From the sequence record JALIHJ010000106.1: DNA of 28,987 nucleotides, one strand, 5' to 3'. This document shows, one piece after another, positions 19,011 through 28,338 of the stretch. Below the pieces are notes generated by a model. It made no database searches and was not told where the DNA came from. It worked only from the letters and a program-made list of their open reading frames with translations. The translations under genes and the position numbers were made by a program. Positions within the stretch are counted from its first letter, which is position 1; each line of letters begins with the position of its first letter.

Positions 19011-19643
19011 ATGAATTGTGATCGGTACTTATCCAATCTTTTAATGAATCGGGGTATTTTTGCTGCAGATCGGTATTTTATTTTTTTATTTTTTCAAAAA
19101 TTATTTTTCTGCAATTATTCTAGGTTTTTTTATTATAAAAGTAAAAAACATTTTTATTATTTTATATTTTCGTTAAACTATAAATTTTTTTTTACTAATT
19201 TACCGGACGCGCCTAAATTTTTGCGTGATAATATTGAATTTATAAATGTCTTCGCGCCCCGCAACTTTTTTTTTACGTATCGCGCTAATAAGCCGGTTAG
19301 GTCCGTATCGGGTGGTTCTGGGTTATCAGTTATAAACCGCGGGCTTCGGTCAACGAAGTTCTATCAGATCAAACTAATACGAAATCATGTTATAGATATT
19401 TTAGCTTTAGGGGGTTTACGGGTTAACTTAGTTTTTAATAACTTTTCAGAAAAATTAGTCCCATTTTCGGGCGTTTACTCGTCTTTAATTATCAAGTCAA
19501 ATTATTTTCGTAAAGGGTCTTTTAAGAATTTTTTGAGGAAAATTTCAATTGATAATAATACCCCACACGGGTTTATTCGTGGTTGTCGCAAGCCGTCGAG
19601 AAAGAAATATTTACAACGTCGGGGCACAGCTATTGAATTTTAA
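19011..19643 (+). CDS. rps11: ribosomal protein S11 (divergent, N-terminally extended)
   Basis: 'INVFAPRNFFFTYRANKPVRSVSGGSGL..RGLRSTKF' parallels S11 'IHI.AS.NNT.IT.TD..GN...W.S.G..GFKG.RK.T.YAA'. The C-terminal 'IDNNTPHGFIRGCRKPSRKK' parallels 'I.D.TP.PHNGCRP.K.RR'. Confidence 0.6.
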   Translation: MNCDRYLSNLLMNRGIFAADRYFIFLFFQKLFFCNYSRFFYYKSKKHFYYFIFSLNYKFFFTNLPDAPKFLRDNIEFINVFAPRNFFFTYRANKPVRSVSGGSGLSVINRGLRSTKFYQIKLIRNHVIDILALGGLRVNLVFNNFSEKLVPFSGVYSSLIIKSNYFRKGSFKNFLRKISIDNNTPHGFIRGCRKPSRKKYLQRRGTAIEF

Positions 19644-19651
19644 GGTTTCTC

Positions 19652-20419
19652 GTGGATTTAAAACTTGCGAACCCTGTAAAAAAAAATAATAGTAGTCGGA
19701 ATAAAGTAATTTACCGCATACCTAATTTTGGCGATAATAAGTTTAAACACCTGCTAATTAAAAATACTTGTTCGAGTGGTCGCGGCAACGGCGGTAATAT
19801 TACCGTACGCCATAAAGGCCGGCTAGAACCTTCTAGGTTAGTTTGTGTGGATTACAGTCGTGCATATTTTGTAGAGCCTCAACGGGTGGCGGGAATAATA
19901 CGTGATAATTTTCGAACTGCCCCTGTTATGTTGTTAGTCGGGCATATAGGCGTTAGGCGGTATTTATTGTCTACTGATAAAGTTGTTACTGGGCAATCTA
20001 TCAAAACCACCTTTAATTTCTTTAGTTTTCAAACCAGTTGTGGTGACAGTATTCCCGTCGGGTGGATTCCGAAAAATACTGTTATTTCAAATCTCGAAAT
20101 AAATCCAGGTTTTGGTGGTAAAGTGGGGCGCTCGGCCGGCACTTACTTAAAAGTTCTATCCCATACCCACGATTCCGTTGAAGTGCAAACCCCCAGCAAA
20201 TCACGTGTTTTCGTAAGTAAATACAGTTTAGCGACCGTAGGTCGGGTAGGGTTTATAGACCATAAGTTAGAAAACATTGGCAACGCAGGGTTTAACCGTT
20301 TTAAAGGGCGTAGACCTACTGTTAGGGGGGAAGCTATGAATGCTGTTGATCACCCCCATGGCGGAAGAACAAAGGGGGGAAAGCCCAGGCAATCCCCTTG
20401 AGGTAAAATATTAAAATAA
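19652..20419 (+). CDS. rpl2: ribosomal protein L2
   Basis: 'GRSAGTY..V', 'ATVG.VG', '[32 protein letters not shown](TGA)G' is the L2 C-terminal signature. The start is GTG 19652; the stop is TAA 20417-20419. Confidence 0.92.
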
Positions 20420-20649
20420 TGTACTCGAAAAAAATTTGAAAATTAATCCATTTAACATATACTTATTCGGCTCTTCAGATAGGACCGACAGCCCCAGTTT
20501 CATACGGATTAAACTCCAAAATACCCCGTATATTTAGTTATACTCCTGTTTTATATATTCACAACGGTAAAGTTTTGAATTTTTATTCCCCTTCCGCTTA
20601 CGGGAGACCGATAAAAAGTGTATTAAAGAATAATGGGTCAGAAAGGTAA
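20419..20649 (+). CDS. rps19: ribosomal protein S19
   Basis: The ATG overlaps the rpl2 stop (TAATG at 20417-20421). 'KIPRIFSYTPVLYIHNGKVLNFYSPSAYGRPIKSV' matches S19 'T.SR.S.I.P..IG..I.VHNGK.......... MVG.K.GEF'. The position after rpl2 matches the ancestral S10 operon order. The gene is absent from the ORF track because of TGA at codon 7. Confidence 0.7.
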
Positions 20650-21046
20650 TCCTCTAATCAACAAAGTCAATAAAAGTATTCCTTGAAAAAATAACTATCT
20701 GGGCGTAGGTCAGTATGGGTTAAATTTTATGAAAAGGAATTTATTGCAGCGTACCCTTAAATTTTTAATATTGAATAATTTATCGTACTCCTTTGATTTT
20801 TTTAGATACAAAAAAACTTTGTACAGCCCGGTAGACAGGTTTAGTTGTATTGCAGCAAAATCCGAAAATAATATGAAGGGTGTCTTTACGTCGCAATTTG
20901 ATATAATTCAAACAGAATACTCGATGTATATTCATATTACAATTTTAAAATTAACTAAACCTAAAAAACAAACATTTATATACGATACCGCGTTGCGGCT
21001 CAAGTTTTTTTATACAGATACTTTGCGGCATAGTTTGGTATTTTAA
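20633..21046 (+). CDS. rps3_a: ribosomal protein S3, N-terminal (KH-domain) piece
   Basis: 'MGQKGNPLINKVNKSIPW(TGA)KNNY' matches the near-universal S3 N-terminus 'MGQKVNP.G.R......W.S.W'. It overlaps the rps19 end by 17 nt and stops at TAA 21044-21046, before any S3_C motif. Confidence 0.75.
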
Positions 21047-21059
21047 GTTTAGTTAATAG

Positions 21060-21557
21060 TTGCAGAAGTTTGTTTTTTACATTAAAGTCAGTATTAATTT
21101 AGTTTGTGAATTTTTTTTTATCGTGCTTAAGTCAATACACCTATATGTGACCGCCAGTATTGTTTGGTTATTTAATACATATTATTTGGTGGCTGCGATG
21201 TCTGTTAATATTTGCTGTTTGCATTATTTAAATTTTTTTGAGGTAATTCTAGTTAAATCCCCTAGCTTGATGTCTTTACTGAACCTGTACGTTAATAGTG
21301 TTGCCCCACAGTTTTACATTAATTTGTTGTTTATGGCCGAACTAACGGGTAGCGTAACCTCTCAACTAATACCATATCTGCAGGGGAACTTATTTTTTGT
21401 TTTGCAAATGCTTTTTTTGGTTGTAATATCCATTTGAGCCAGAGCGGCGGGGCCTCGCGCACGCCTAGACCAGTTATTTACTATGACGTGAAAAGACATG
21501 TTTATCAAAGCTTGTTTATTTGCTTTTTTTGTTTATATTTTATTCATATTTGTTTAG
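21060..21557 (+). CDS. nad1_b: NADH dehydrogenase subunit 1, C-terminal piece of a split gene
   Basis: 'FFVLQMLFLVVISIW(TGA)ARAAGPRARLDQLFTMTW(TGA)KDMFIKACL' matches the nad1/NuoH C-terminus 'K...F.....W.R...PR.RYDQLM...WK..LP..L'. TTG 21060 follows in-frame TAA-TAG. The stop is TAG 21555-21557. Confidence 0.85.
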
Positions 21558-21569
21558 TTTGGCTATTTG

Positions 21570-22148
21570 ATGCGATTTGATCCGATTTGTCTATTAAAAT
21601 ATATGTTTAAAAATCTACCGGTATACATTAGTACTAACGACGAGGGTTATAAATTTAATTTATATTTATTAACCTACCCGCAATGGTTATTTACGATTTT
21701 TACCACTCTTCGTTACCACTCTTTATTTTACAGGTGTTTGGTGCAAGATATAAACACGTTTGAGCGCTCAAACGCGGCGGTAAGCGCACACACTAATTCT
21801 GGGCTCCTGTGCGTTTTGTATCATATGTATCTCCCTACCTTTGATCTCAGATTTACGGTTTCAATCTTTGTTGAACCGGATACTAGTTTGCAGCCGGTTA
21901 GTTCTTTATTTCAGAATTTAGCGTGGACAGAGCGGGAAATTTCGGAGATGTTTGGTCTTAAGTTTAATAGAAAAAAAGATAATAGGCACCTATTGTTAGA
22001 TTACTCATTTACCGGCTACCCGATGCTTAAAAGTTTCCCTGTAGCCGGTTTAGTGGAATTATTTTACAGCGTAAATTCGGCGGTAATTAACTATTACAGT
22101 TTAGGCTTATTTGAGTCATCAAAAATTGAAAATAATTTTGATTTTTAG
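21570..22148 (+). CDS. nad9: NADH dehydrogenase subunit 9 (30-kDa subunit)
   Basis: 'SLFQNLAWTEREISEMFGLKFNRKKDNRHLLLDY.F.GYPMLKSFPV.G' matches nad9/NuoC 'S....AnW.ERE..DmfGi.F.gHpD.RRiLtDYgF.GhPlRKDFPl.G'. Confidence 0.9.
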   Translation: MRFDPICLLKYMFKNLPVYISTNDEGYKFNLYLLTYPQWLFTIFTTLRYHSLFYRCLVQDINTFERSNAAVSAHTNSGLLCVLYHMYLPTFDLRFTVSIFVEPDTSLQPVSSLFQNLAWTEREISEMFGLKFNRKKDNRHLLLDYSFTGYPMLKSFPVAGLVELFYSVNSAVINYYSLGLFESSKIENNFDF

Positions 22149-22160
22149 TTTAACTAATAT

Positions 22161-22607
22161 ATGCTTTTAGACTGAATTAAACTTAGATTTAAGTTGTTAA
22201 TTAATTGGGCTCGGGGGGGTTCCCTGTGGCCCCTTACTTTTGGTTTGGCATGCTGCGCTATTGAGATGATGCATACAGCGGTTAGTCGCTATGATATGGA
22301 TAAACTTGGTATGATTTTTAGGGCTAGTCCCCGTCAAGCTGACGCTATGATTATAGCAGGTACTGTTACAAACAAGATGGCTCCTGTTGTTCGTAAACTA
22401 TATGAACAACTACCGTCAGCGAAGTGAGTTATTTCTATGGGTAGTTGCGCTAACGGCGGGGGGTATTATTATTACTCGTATTCCGTTCTTAGGGGCTGCG
22501 ATAAGGTGATTCCCGTTGATGTCTATGTACCAGGGTGCCCCCCTACTGCCGAGGCATTAATGTACGGCTTAATTTGATTGCAAAAAATAATCATTAATGA
22601 AAAATAA
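22161..22607 (+). CDS. nad10: NADH dehydrogenase subunit 10 (PSST / NuoB)
   Basis: '[18 protein letters not shown]', '[18 protein letters not shown]', 'W(TGA)[42 protein letters not shown]' carry the Fe-S cluster N2 cysteines. The start is ATG 22161; the stop is TAA 22605-22607. Confidence 0.93.
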
Positions 22608-22611
22608 TATT

Positions 22612-22905
22612 ATGCTTTTGCTATTAAATCATAATGTGCTATTTGTATATTCTATTATATACTGGAAAATTAGACTAGTCTGATGCTTGTGATACGCTTC
22701 GTTTTTAGTAAAATTTAAAAAAATTATTAAATCGTTACTCAGTTATAATAAACTTATAACCCCTTTGTTGATTTTAGGTAAATTTAAAAAATTGAACTTT
22801 AGCGCGTTCTTCTGGGCCTCTATTCCGGCACGAAATTATTTGGTATCCAAAGAGGCTGACACGATTAAATCCTATTTTTTGTTCGGTTTGGTACAAGTTC
22901 AGTAA
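22612..22905 (+). CDS. hypothetical protein (97 aa)
   Basis: ATG 22612 lies 4 nt after nad10. Two in-frame TGAs precede TAA at 22903-22905. The ORF is absent from the track because of the TGAs. No family was recognised. Confidence 0.35.
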
Positions 22906-22907
22906 TA

Positions 22908-23129
22908 ATGTTAAAATCTTTTCGAGTTTTTAAAAGAAGATACCAGGATCATATAAAATTAGATCAAAAAAAGTTATTTAAATTGATTGAAGCACCGAAT
23001 ATTATTCCATCTACCCAGTTAAATTTTAAAAAAAAATATGTTATTAATAATACATATTCCGTGTATAGTTACCGGAAAAAAACGTACAAACACGCACTTA
23101 AACGTGTTTCTTCGATAAAAAATAGTTAA
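22908..23129 (+). CDS. hypothetical small basic protein (73 aa; possibly ribosomal)
   Basis: This is a track ORF starting at an ATG in a 'TAATAATG' junction. It is very Lys/Arg-rich. No family was recognised. Confidence 0.4.
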   Translation: MLKSFRVFKRRYQDHIKLDQKKLFKLIEAPNIIPSTQLNFKKKYVINNTYSVYSYRKKTYKHALKRVSSIKNS

Positions 23130-23269
23130 TGGCAGTCCAAAAATCCAGAAAAACACTTTCAAAAAAAAAAATACGCTTATTTAGTAAGTATGTTAGGGTA
23201 AATATTGCCCGATCTAGCAAAAAATATTACTATGGGAAATTTAATATAACTAGTTTAATGTGTATTTAA
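23129..23269 (+). CDS. rpl32: 46-aa ORF resembling ribosomal protein L32
   Basis: The ATG overlaps the preceding stop (TAATG at 23127-23131). The N-terminus 'MAVQKSRKTLSKKKIR' resembles bacterial and organellar L32 'MAVP/QK.K.S.S.R..RR'. The ORF is too short for the supplied track. Confidence 0.45.
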   Translation: MAVQKSRKTLSKKKIRLFSKYVRVNIARSSKKYYYGKFNITSLMCI

Positions 23270-23272
23270 TTG

Positions 23273-24028
23273 ATGTTTATAGACTATTTACTACATTTAA
23301 AGGGAATCAAATTTTTGGAAACTTTGTTACAGGTGACTGTATTATATAATTTTATTCAATTTATTCGACAAAAAAATATCTATTATTTGTTAGCTTATTT
23401 TTTAAATACAATTTTGTTTTTAGGTTTAGCGTTAATTTTTTATGACTTAGATTTAGTCGCTATAATTTTGTGAGTAGTTTACGGCGGTGTAATTATTATT
23501 TTTTTTTTATATTCATTAATGTGGTACGAAACGGCAAGGCTTTTTTACTACAGCTCTAAATCAAGATTATTTAGCTATGGCGTACCATTTAGCCTTTTTG
23601 GTTTAATAATGTATTATTTTAATTTAGAGTTATCGACCGAAACAATAAATTTGCCGCTAGCCCAATTGACTTTAGTTAATTATTACGAAATACTAAATTT
23701 TGATATTTACGAAGAACTAGAGGGTTTAGGTTGGGGGCTCGTATACTATACGACGTTTTTGTTTGTGTTAATATCGTATCTGTTATTTTTAGCTTGTTGC
23801 ACTGTAGTTGTTTTGATTATAAACTCTAAAAAAATCCGCTATACAGCTGTTGACGACTATTTTAATTATATTAAAAATAATTCGGATTTATTTTATTTTA
23901 ATATATATAAAAATCAAAATTTTTACGTCCAAGATTATGAGACAACATATCAAGAGTCTGGTACTGTAAAAAATTTTAAAGTAAGCCATACCTTCCATTC
24001 GATAAAGGGTTTTAATAGGCGGGTTTAG
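23273..24028 (+). CDS. nad6: NADH dehydrogenase subunit 6 (divergent)
   Basis: 'YFLNTILFLGLALIFYDLDLVAIILW(TGA)VVYGGVIIIFFLYSLMW' matches the nad6 helix-2/3 pattern 'F.a...ilvYvGai.VLFlFvvMm'. Track ORFs 23270..23473 and 23519..24028 are one frame. The TAG stop at 24026-24028 lies inside trnH. Confidence 0.7.
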
Positions 24029-24089
24029 TTTAATGGTAGAACATAAGATTGTGGCTCTTATGGTAAAGGTTCGATCCCTTTAATCCGCC
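24018..24089 (+). tRNA. trnH(GUG): tRNA-His (anticodon GUG), with an encoded G-1
   Basis: G-1 is at 24018. Acceptor stem is GCGGGTT/AATCCGC with one G-U pair. Anticodon stem TAAGA/TCTTA carries the loop TTGTGGC. The T loop is GGTTCGATCCC. The discriminator is C. Confidence 0.85.
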
Positions 24090-24098
24090 CTGTTATAA

Positions 24099-25703
24099 GT
24101 GCTTATTAAACTCTCTCAACTCGTGTATACTGATGTTATTTGATTGCCTTTAATTGCAAGTTTGTATATTTTTTTATACGTTTTTTTTTTAACGAAAGAC
24201 TTTCATTCCCGTTTACTGGCTGTCGATAACGTTAAAACCCCGAAAATTATCCGAATCCAGCGTAACCGGTATCTTGACACTTACTCTCACTTATTAGTAT
24301 TTTTTTGTAAATTTATTTCGTATTTTTTTTTCTTGATTTTTCTGATAAATACGTACCACTATTCATGATCAGCAAAATCTGTGTTTTACAATTTTTCTAT
24401 CGGTAATGTATCTTGGTATTACGGTAATTTTATATTACTGTTATTAGTTATTAGTTTTCTGTTAATTACAATTCTAACTAGAGTTAACCTGGTGAAATCA
24501 TTTGAACTCTTGTTGGGTATATTTTTAGTATTTATATGTATGTATTATTATATAATAATTAATAACTTTATTACTTTAGTTTTTCTATTTGAATTTCAAT
24601 CGTTAGTATTTATTTATCTATTAGCCAATACATTTACTATATTAAATGGTAATTGCCGTACCGCCCCCACCAAAAATAATATGATTAACACTCAACCTCT
24701 TTGATATTTTAATTCGCTGCTTTATCAATTTTGGGTTTCTTTTATAGGTGCATTGTTGTTAATATACGGCTCATTGAATTTAATGAGGTATACGAGTTTT
24801 ACGGATTGAACATATTCTGAAGTATTTATTTATTTTTCGGTTTTTGATGGCGAGAGTTCTTCGGCGTTTAAGTTATATTCTATTTTTCTACCCGTAATTC
24901 TGGGTGTACTTTTGAAGATCGGATCTGTACCTTTTTTTCTGTGAAAGCCGGAAATATATAAAAACTTTAACCCCATTGTCTTGTTTATTTATATGACCTC
25001 GTACTTATTTGGTACTGTATTTTTTACTATTATTCTATTTTCGAGTCATTATTCTTTAATCTCTGAGTTTTTTTATTCTTATATTTATGTTATTTCCATA
25101 GTTTCCCTTATATTTGTAACATTTTTGTTGTATTCTGTTGTAGAGATTCGACCTTTCTTGGCGTACTCTTCAATAATTCATATTTCATTTATATTATTGA
25201 GTACCTTTCAGACTGATTTCGGCGGCGTTGGGGTTAGTTTATTATACTTATTTATTTATTTAATTCTTATGTTTTTCTTCTTTTCTGTTTTATTTTCAAT
25301 TTTAGGCGTTAATTTTTGGTTTTTAACAGACTTACAGTATTTAAATCGACTACCGTCCCTTGTAACTGCTTTTAGTATATTCATGCTTGGTATGGCGGGT
25401 ACACCGCCATTTTTGGGATTTTTTACGAAATTTTCCGTTATCGCCATACTTTTTACTGCGCAGGATTATCTATTTTTTTTTATAACATTAATTTCGGGAT
25501 TTTTTGCAGCATTTTTTTACATTCAGAATTATAGATTTTACGGCTATTCAGTAAAATCTTATACTTATATTAACTCGCACTTCATACTAAAGTATAGTTC
25601 GAAATTGTATCTATTAGTTTATTTTTTTGTCTTTATTAATTTATTTGCTGTTTTTTTTATTAATGATTTTTTTATATTTTTTCAGTTACTAAGCAGCTTG
25701 TAA
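24099..25703 (+). CDS. nad2: NADH dehydrogenase subunit 2
   Basis: Track ORFs 24144..24368, 24381..24704 and 24981..25703 are one frame, joined by TGAs. 'LKIGSVPFFLW(TGA)KPEIYKNF' matches nad2 'K.G.aPFH.W.PDVY.G'. 'AYSSIIHISFILL' and 'MLGMAGTPPFLGFFTKF' match 'LS..G.PP..GF..K'. The start is uncertain: GTG 24099 or 24123, ATT 24138, or TTG 24144. Confidence 0.8.
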
Positions 25704-26089
25704 TGAGTACTTTAAATCAACTTTTTCGGAAAAAAACAAAAAAACAAAATTTTCACTGAAGTCCCGCCTTAAAGGGTAATCCGCAGGTAAGGGGCAGGTT
25801 TTCTAGGAGTTATATATGCACCCCTAGAAAACCTAACTCAGCTTTACGTAAGGTTGGTAAAATAGTTCTTATTAACGGTAAACGTATTACCGCAAAGGTT
25901 CCCGGTTCGGGAGCTATGCCGCAAAAATATGCTATTGTACTGGTTCGGGGTAAGGGGCACAAAGATACGCCTGGGGTTGGCTATTCATTAGTCAGAGGTG
26001 CTTTGGAGTGTTTACCTTTATTTAACAAGACCCGTCGACGATCTGTTTACGGTGCGCCGAACCCAAATAAAGGTGGATTATCGGCATAG
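25703..26089 (+). CDS. rps12: ribosomal protein S12
   Basis: 'MSTLNQLFRKK...', 'CTPRKPNSALRKVGKI' and 'GHKDTPGVGYSLVRGALE' are S12 signatures. The ATG overlaps the nad2 stop (TAATG at 25701-25705). The stop is TAG 26087-26089. Confidence 0.93.
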
Positions 26090-26093
26090 AATA

Positions 26094-26459
26094 ATGGGTA
26101 GTATTGGTATTTTTAGTGTAATTTTTAGTATGTCAATTTTTGGGATTATTTTATATTGAGGCTCCTTAGCTTATTCATTTTTTTTTTCTCGATCCGGTAA
26201 AAATTTACAATCCAGGGACTTGTATGAGTGCGGATTTCGCGCTATTCCCGATAATAAGGTTGTTATTGATATTCATTTTTCCATAGTAGGTTTGATTTTT
26301 TTAATATATGAGATGGAAGTGATTTTATTTGTACCTTTGTTTTTAAATTTATTCGGGTCATCGTTTTGCGTAGTTGTAATTTCTATATTAGCATTATTTA
26401 TTCTAGGTGTTAGCTATTGATATGAATGGGATCGGTACGGATTGACTTGATCCTTTTAG
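26094..26459 (+). CDS. nad3: NADH dehydrogenase subunit 3
   Basis: 'YECGF', 'FLIYEMEVILFVP' and the C-terminal 'YEWDRYGLTW' match nad3 'YECGF.....F.i.F...a.lFliFDvE......EW..G.L.W'. The start is ATG 26094; the stop is TAG 26457-26459. Confidence 0.88.
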
Positions 26460-26479
26460 GTTTATAGTGTGTTGGTATT

Positions 26480-26830
26480 GTGTTTTTGTCTTGGGTAGAT
26501 TTGATTGTATTTTTATTGTGGGCCGTTTTTGTAGCTCTTTTATTGTCATATACCAATTTGTACAATCTTTTAATTTTAGGGGAAATGTTATGAGTTTGTT
26601 TATACGTTTATAGTAGTTTGTTAAGTTCATTGTACGATTCTTTATTTTTTTTTATTATTGCGGTTTACTTGCTGGCGGTTGCGACCGGCGAGACAGTAGT
26701 TGGTTTATCGTTGCTAATTGTTCGGATGTCCGTATTCGGGTCAATCCATAATTACGATAATTATTCGACGAAAAATTCATATTTTCAGCGAAAAAATAAA
26801 ATAAACCTAATTTCGTCCCGTATTAAGTAA
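26480..26830 (+). CDS. nad4L: NADH dehydrogenase subunit 4L
   Basis: 'NLYNLLILGEMLW' matches 'N...lLlslE.m.L', and 'LAVATGETVVGLSLLIVR' matches 'ltv.a.EaaiGLa.lv'. There is no ATG; the frame opens after TAG 26465, so the start is GTG 26480 or ATT 26477. The stop is TAA 26828-26830. Confidence 0.75.
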
Positions 26831-27393
26831 TGTTACCGTCTATACCTCAATATAATTGGGATTACACTAAATTAGTAAAGAAGCTTTTAGGTGTTAATAC
26901 GATTAACCCGCTAATCTCTAAAAGCTTTAAATCCGGTAATAAAAATAAACTTCTAAAAATATTTTTACGTTCTTTTTACTTACTCCGCGTATTGGGCCGT
27001 AAATCGGCTAAAATACGCTCAAAAAAAAATCAATTTAAAGCTGTTATTGCGGCATTAAACTCATTTAACCCGACGGTTACGCGCCGGGTTAAAACCCGCA
27101 GGGATCGAAAAAAACGGGTTAAGTATACCCAATTATATACGTTATTCAAACACAAGCGCCGGTTGGCGGTTTTCCGTTGGATGGCTCTACACCTAAATCA
27201 TACAAAACTAAGGGTTCTTCAGCTTAGATTTTTTTTTATACTTATAGATTGTGGTTTGTTTTCGGCGGGTAATCTATTAAATTTAACTCAGGCGTATTGC
27301 TTAAAAGGTGAGAAGTTAAAAAAAAAACCACACGACTCCGAGCGTGTAAACTACCCCAATTATTATTTAGGTGATATTGAGGATATTAATTAA
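26830..27393 (+). CDS. rps7: ribosomal protein S7 (divergent)
   Basis: 'PLISKSFKSGNKNKLLKIFLRSFYLL' matches S7 'LL.KF.N.LM..GKKS.AE.I.Y.AL'. 'FKAVIAALNSFNPTVTRRVKTRR' matches 'F..A.EN..P..EVK.RRVGG'. 'KRRLAVFRWM' matches 'RR..LA.RW.'. The ATG overlaps the nad4L stop (TAATG at 26828-26832). Confidence 0.6.
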   Translation: MLPSIPQYNWDYTKLVKKLLGVNTINPLISKSFKSGNKNKLLKIFLRSFYLLRVLGRKSAKIRSKKNQFKAVIAALNSFNPTVTRRVKTRRDRKKRVKYTQLYTLFKHKRRLAVFRWMALHLNHTKLRVLQLRFFFILIDCGLFSAGNLLNLTQAYCLKGEKLKKKPHDSERVNYPNYYLGDIEDIN

Positions 27394-27401
27394 TATGTTA
27401 A

Positions 27402-27782
27402 ATGTACTGATTAACCTGAGAAAAGTTTTTACTTATTATATTTTTTACCGTTGTATTTACTATTTTTTATTACCGAAAGTATATTTTTACCCCCTTATAT
27501 TTGGAGTATATGAAACTTGAGGCTGAGTGTCATTATCTTCTTTTAGAGCCTATTTTACGTAAGGTTTTTTTCCGTGTTTCATATCAGAAAGATTTGTCTA
27601 AGTTTAATAAAAGCTCATGCGGGTTAGCCAAAAGTGACGGGAAAATCGTGGGGTGAAGTAATACCTTAGGTGGGGTTTCTGCATTTATTAAAAATTTACT
27701 AATTTTTTATCAGCACCCTGTTAAACGCGTCGGTGATTTTTCAATGTTTTTAACCAATAAAAAACGCTGAGTTCGTAGATAA
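27402..27782 (+). CDS. hypothetical protein (126 aa)
   Basis: ATG 27402 follows in-frame TAA 27399. The frame reads through in-frame TGAs to TAA at 27780-27782. The ORF is absent from the track. One N-terminal hydrophobic helix is present. No family was recognised. Confidence 0.4.
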
Positions 27783-27794
27783 TAGTGATTATCG

Positions 27795-28331
27795 ATGTTG
27801 AGAGTTATAAACCGCGGTCAGTCGGAAAGTTGTGTTTTGAAGAATACATACGGCAATTATATTCTATTTTATTGTTTAAAAAAATATTTATTTATACCCA
27901 TACCGTCTGTTTTCACTTGTTCACCCCTAGCGGTTGTTGTGCACAGTAATAAGGGTATTAAAGCATTAAATTATATCATATTTTCTTGGGGGTCGTTTAT
28001 TGTGAAAAAGATAAAGTTTAGACATAAAATTAGCTGGGTTTATATAAAACGTAATTGCTCGCAACTCATAAAACTTAAATTAGGGTTAAGTCACTTAGTT
28101 GTTCTATTTTCTCCGCATACCCGACTACAACGTCGAAAAAAGTATTTGCGGTACCACACTTTAGTGGTTTGGGGCTTAGACACCTATTTCGTAAATTTGC
28201 TTGTCAACCGTATATATAATTTGCAACCCGTAAATACGTTTACTTTGCGGGGTTTCAGGTATTCCCGCCAGCGTATATTTAAACGAGTCGGTAAAGTTAA
28301 TAAATACTCGGGGATTAAAAAAAGTTTTTAA
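27795..28331 (+). CDS. rpl6: ribosomal protein L6 (divergent)
   Basis: 'IKLKLGLSHLVVLFSPHT......LVVWGLDTYFVNLLVNRIYNLQPVNTFTLRGFRYSRQRIFKRVGK' parallels L6 'L.L.LGFSH.V....P..........I.V.G.DK..VG..AA.IR....PEPYKGKGI.Y..E.I..K.GK'. Confidence 0.65.
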   Translation: MLRVINRGQSESCVLKNTYGNYILFYCLKKYLFIPIPSVFTCSPLAVVVHSNKGIKALNYIIFSWGSFIVKKIKFRHKISWVYIKRNCSQLIKLKLGLSHLVVLFSPHTRLQRRKKYLRYHTLVVWGLDTYFVNLLVNRIYNLQPVNTFTLRGFRYSRQRIFKRVGKVNKYSGIKKSF

Positions 28332-28338
28332 TTAATTA

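Noticed and set aside
575-26630. All eleven minus-strand ORFs in the track: 575..763, 2162..2440, 4227..4430, 6420..6638, 8304..8690, 13267..13551, 15102..15377, 16290..16502, 17004..17216, 25256..25447 and 26403..26630.
   Set aside because: Ten lie antisense to well-supported or longer table-4 + strand genes (for example inside nad4, cob, nad2, nad3, and rps2/rps4); 575..763 instead overlaps the candidate LSU rRNA fragment. None shows a family motif. They are the mirror ORFs expected in AT-rich DNA with few stop codons.
27395-27562. 55-codon ATG ORF immediately after rps7.
   Set aside because: A longer 126-codon ORF in another frame (27402..27782) covers the same interval and fills the whole gap to rpl6. 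Neither has a motif, so I listed only the longer one.
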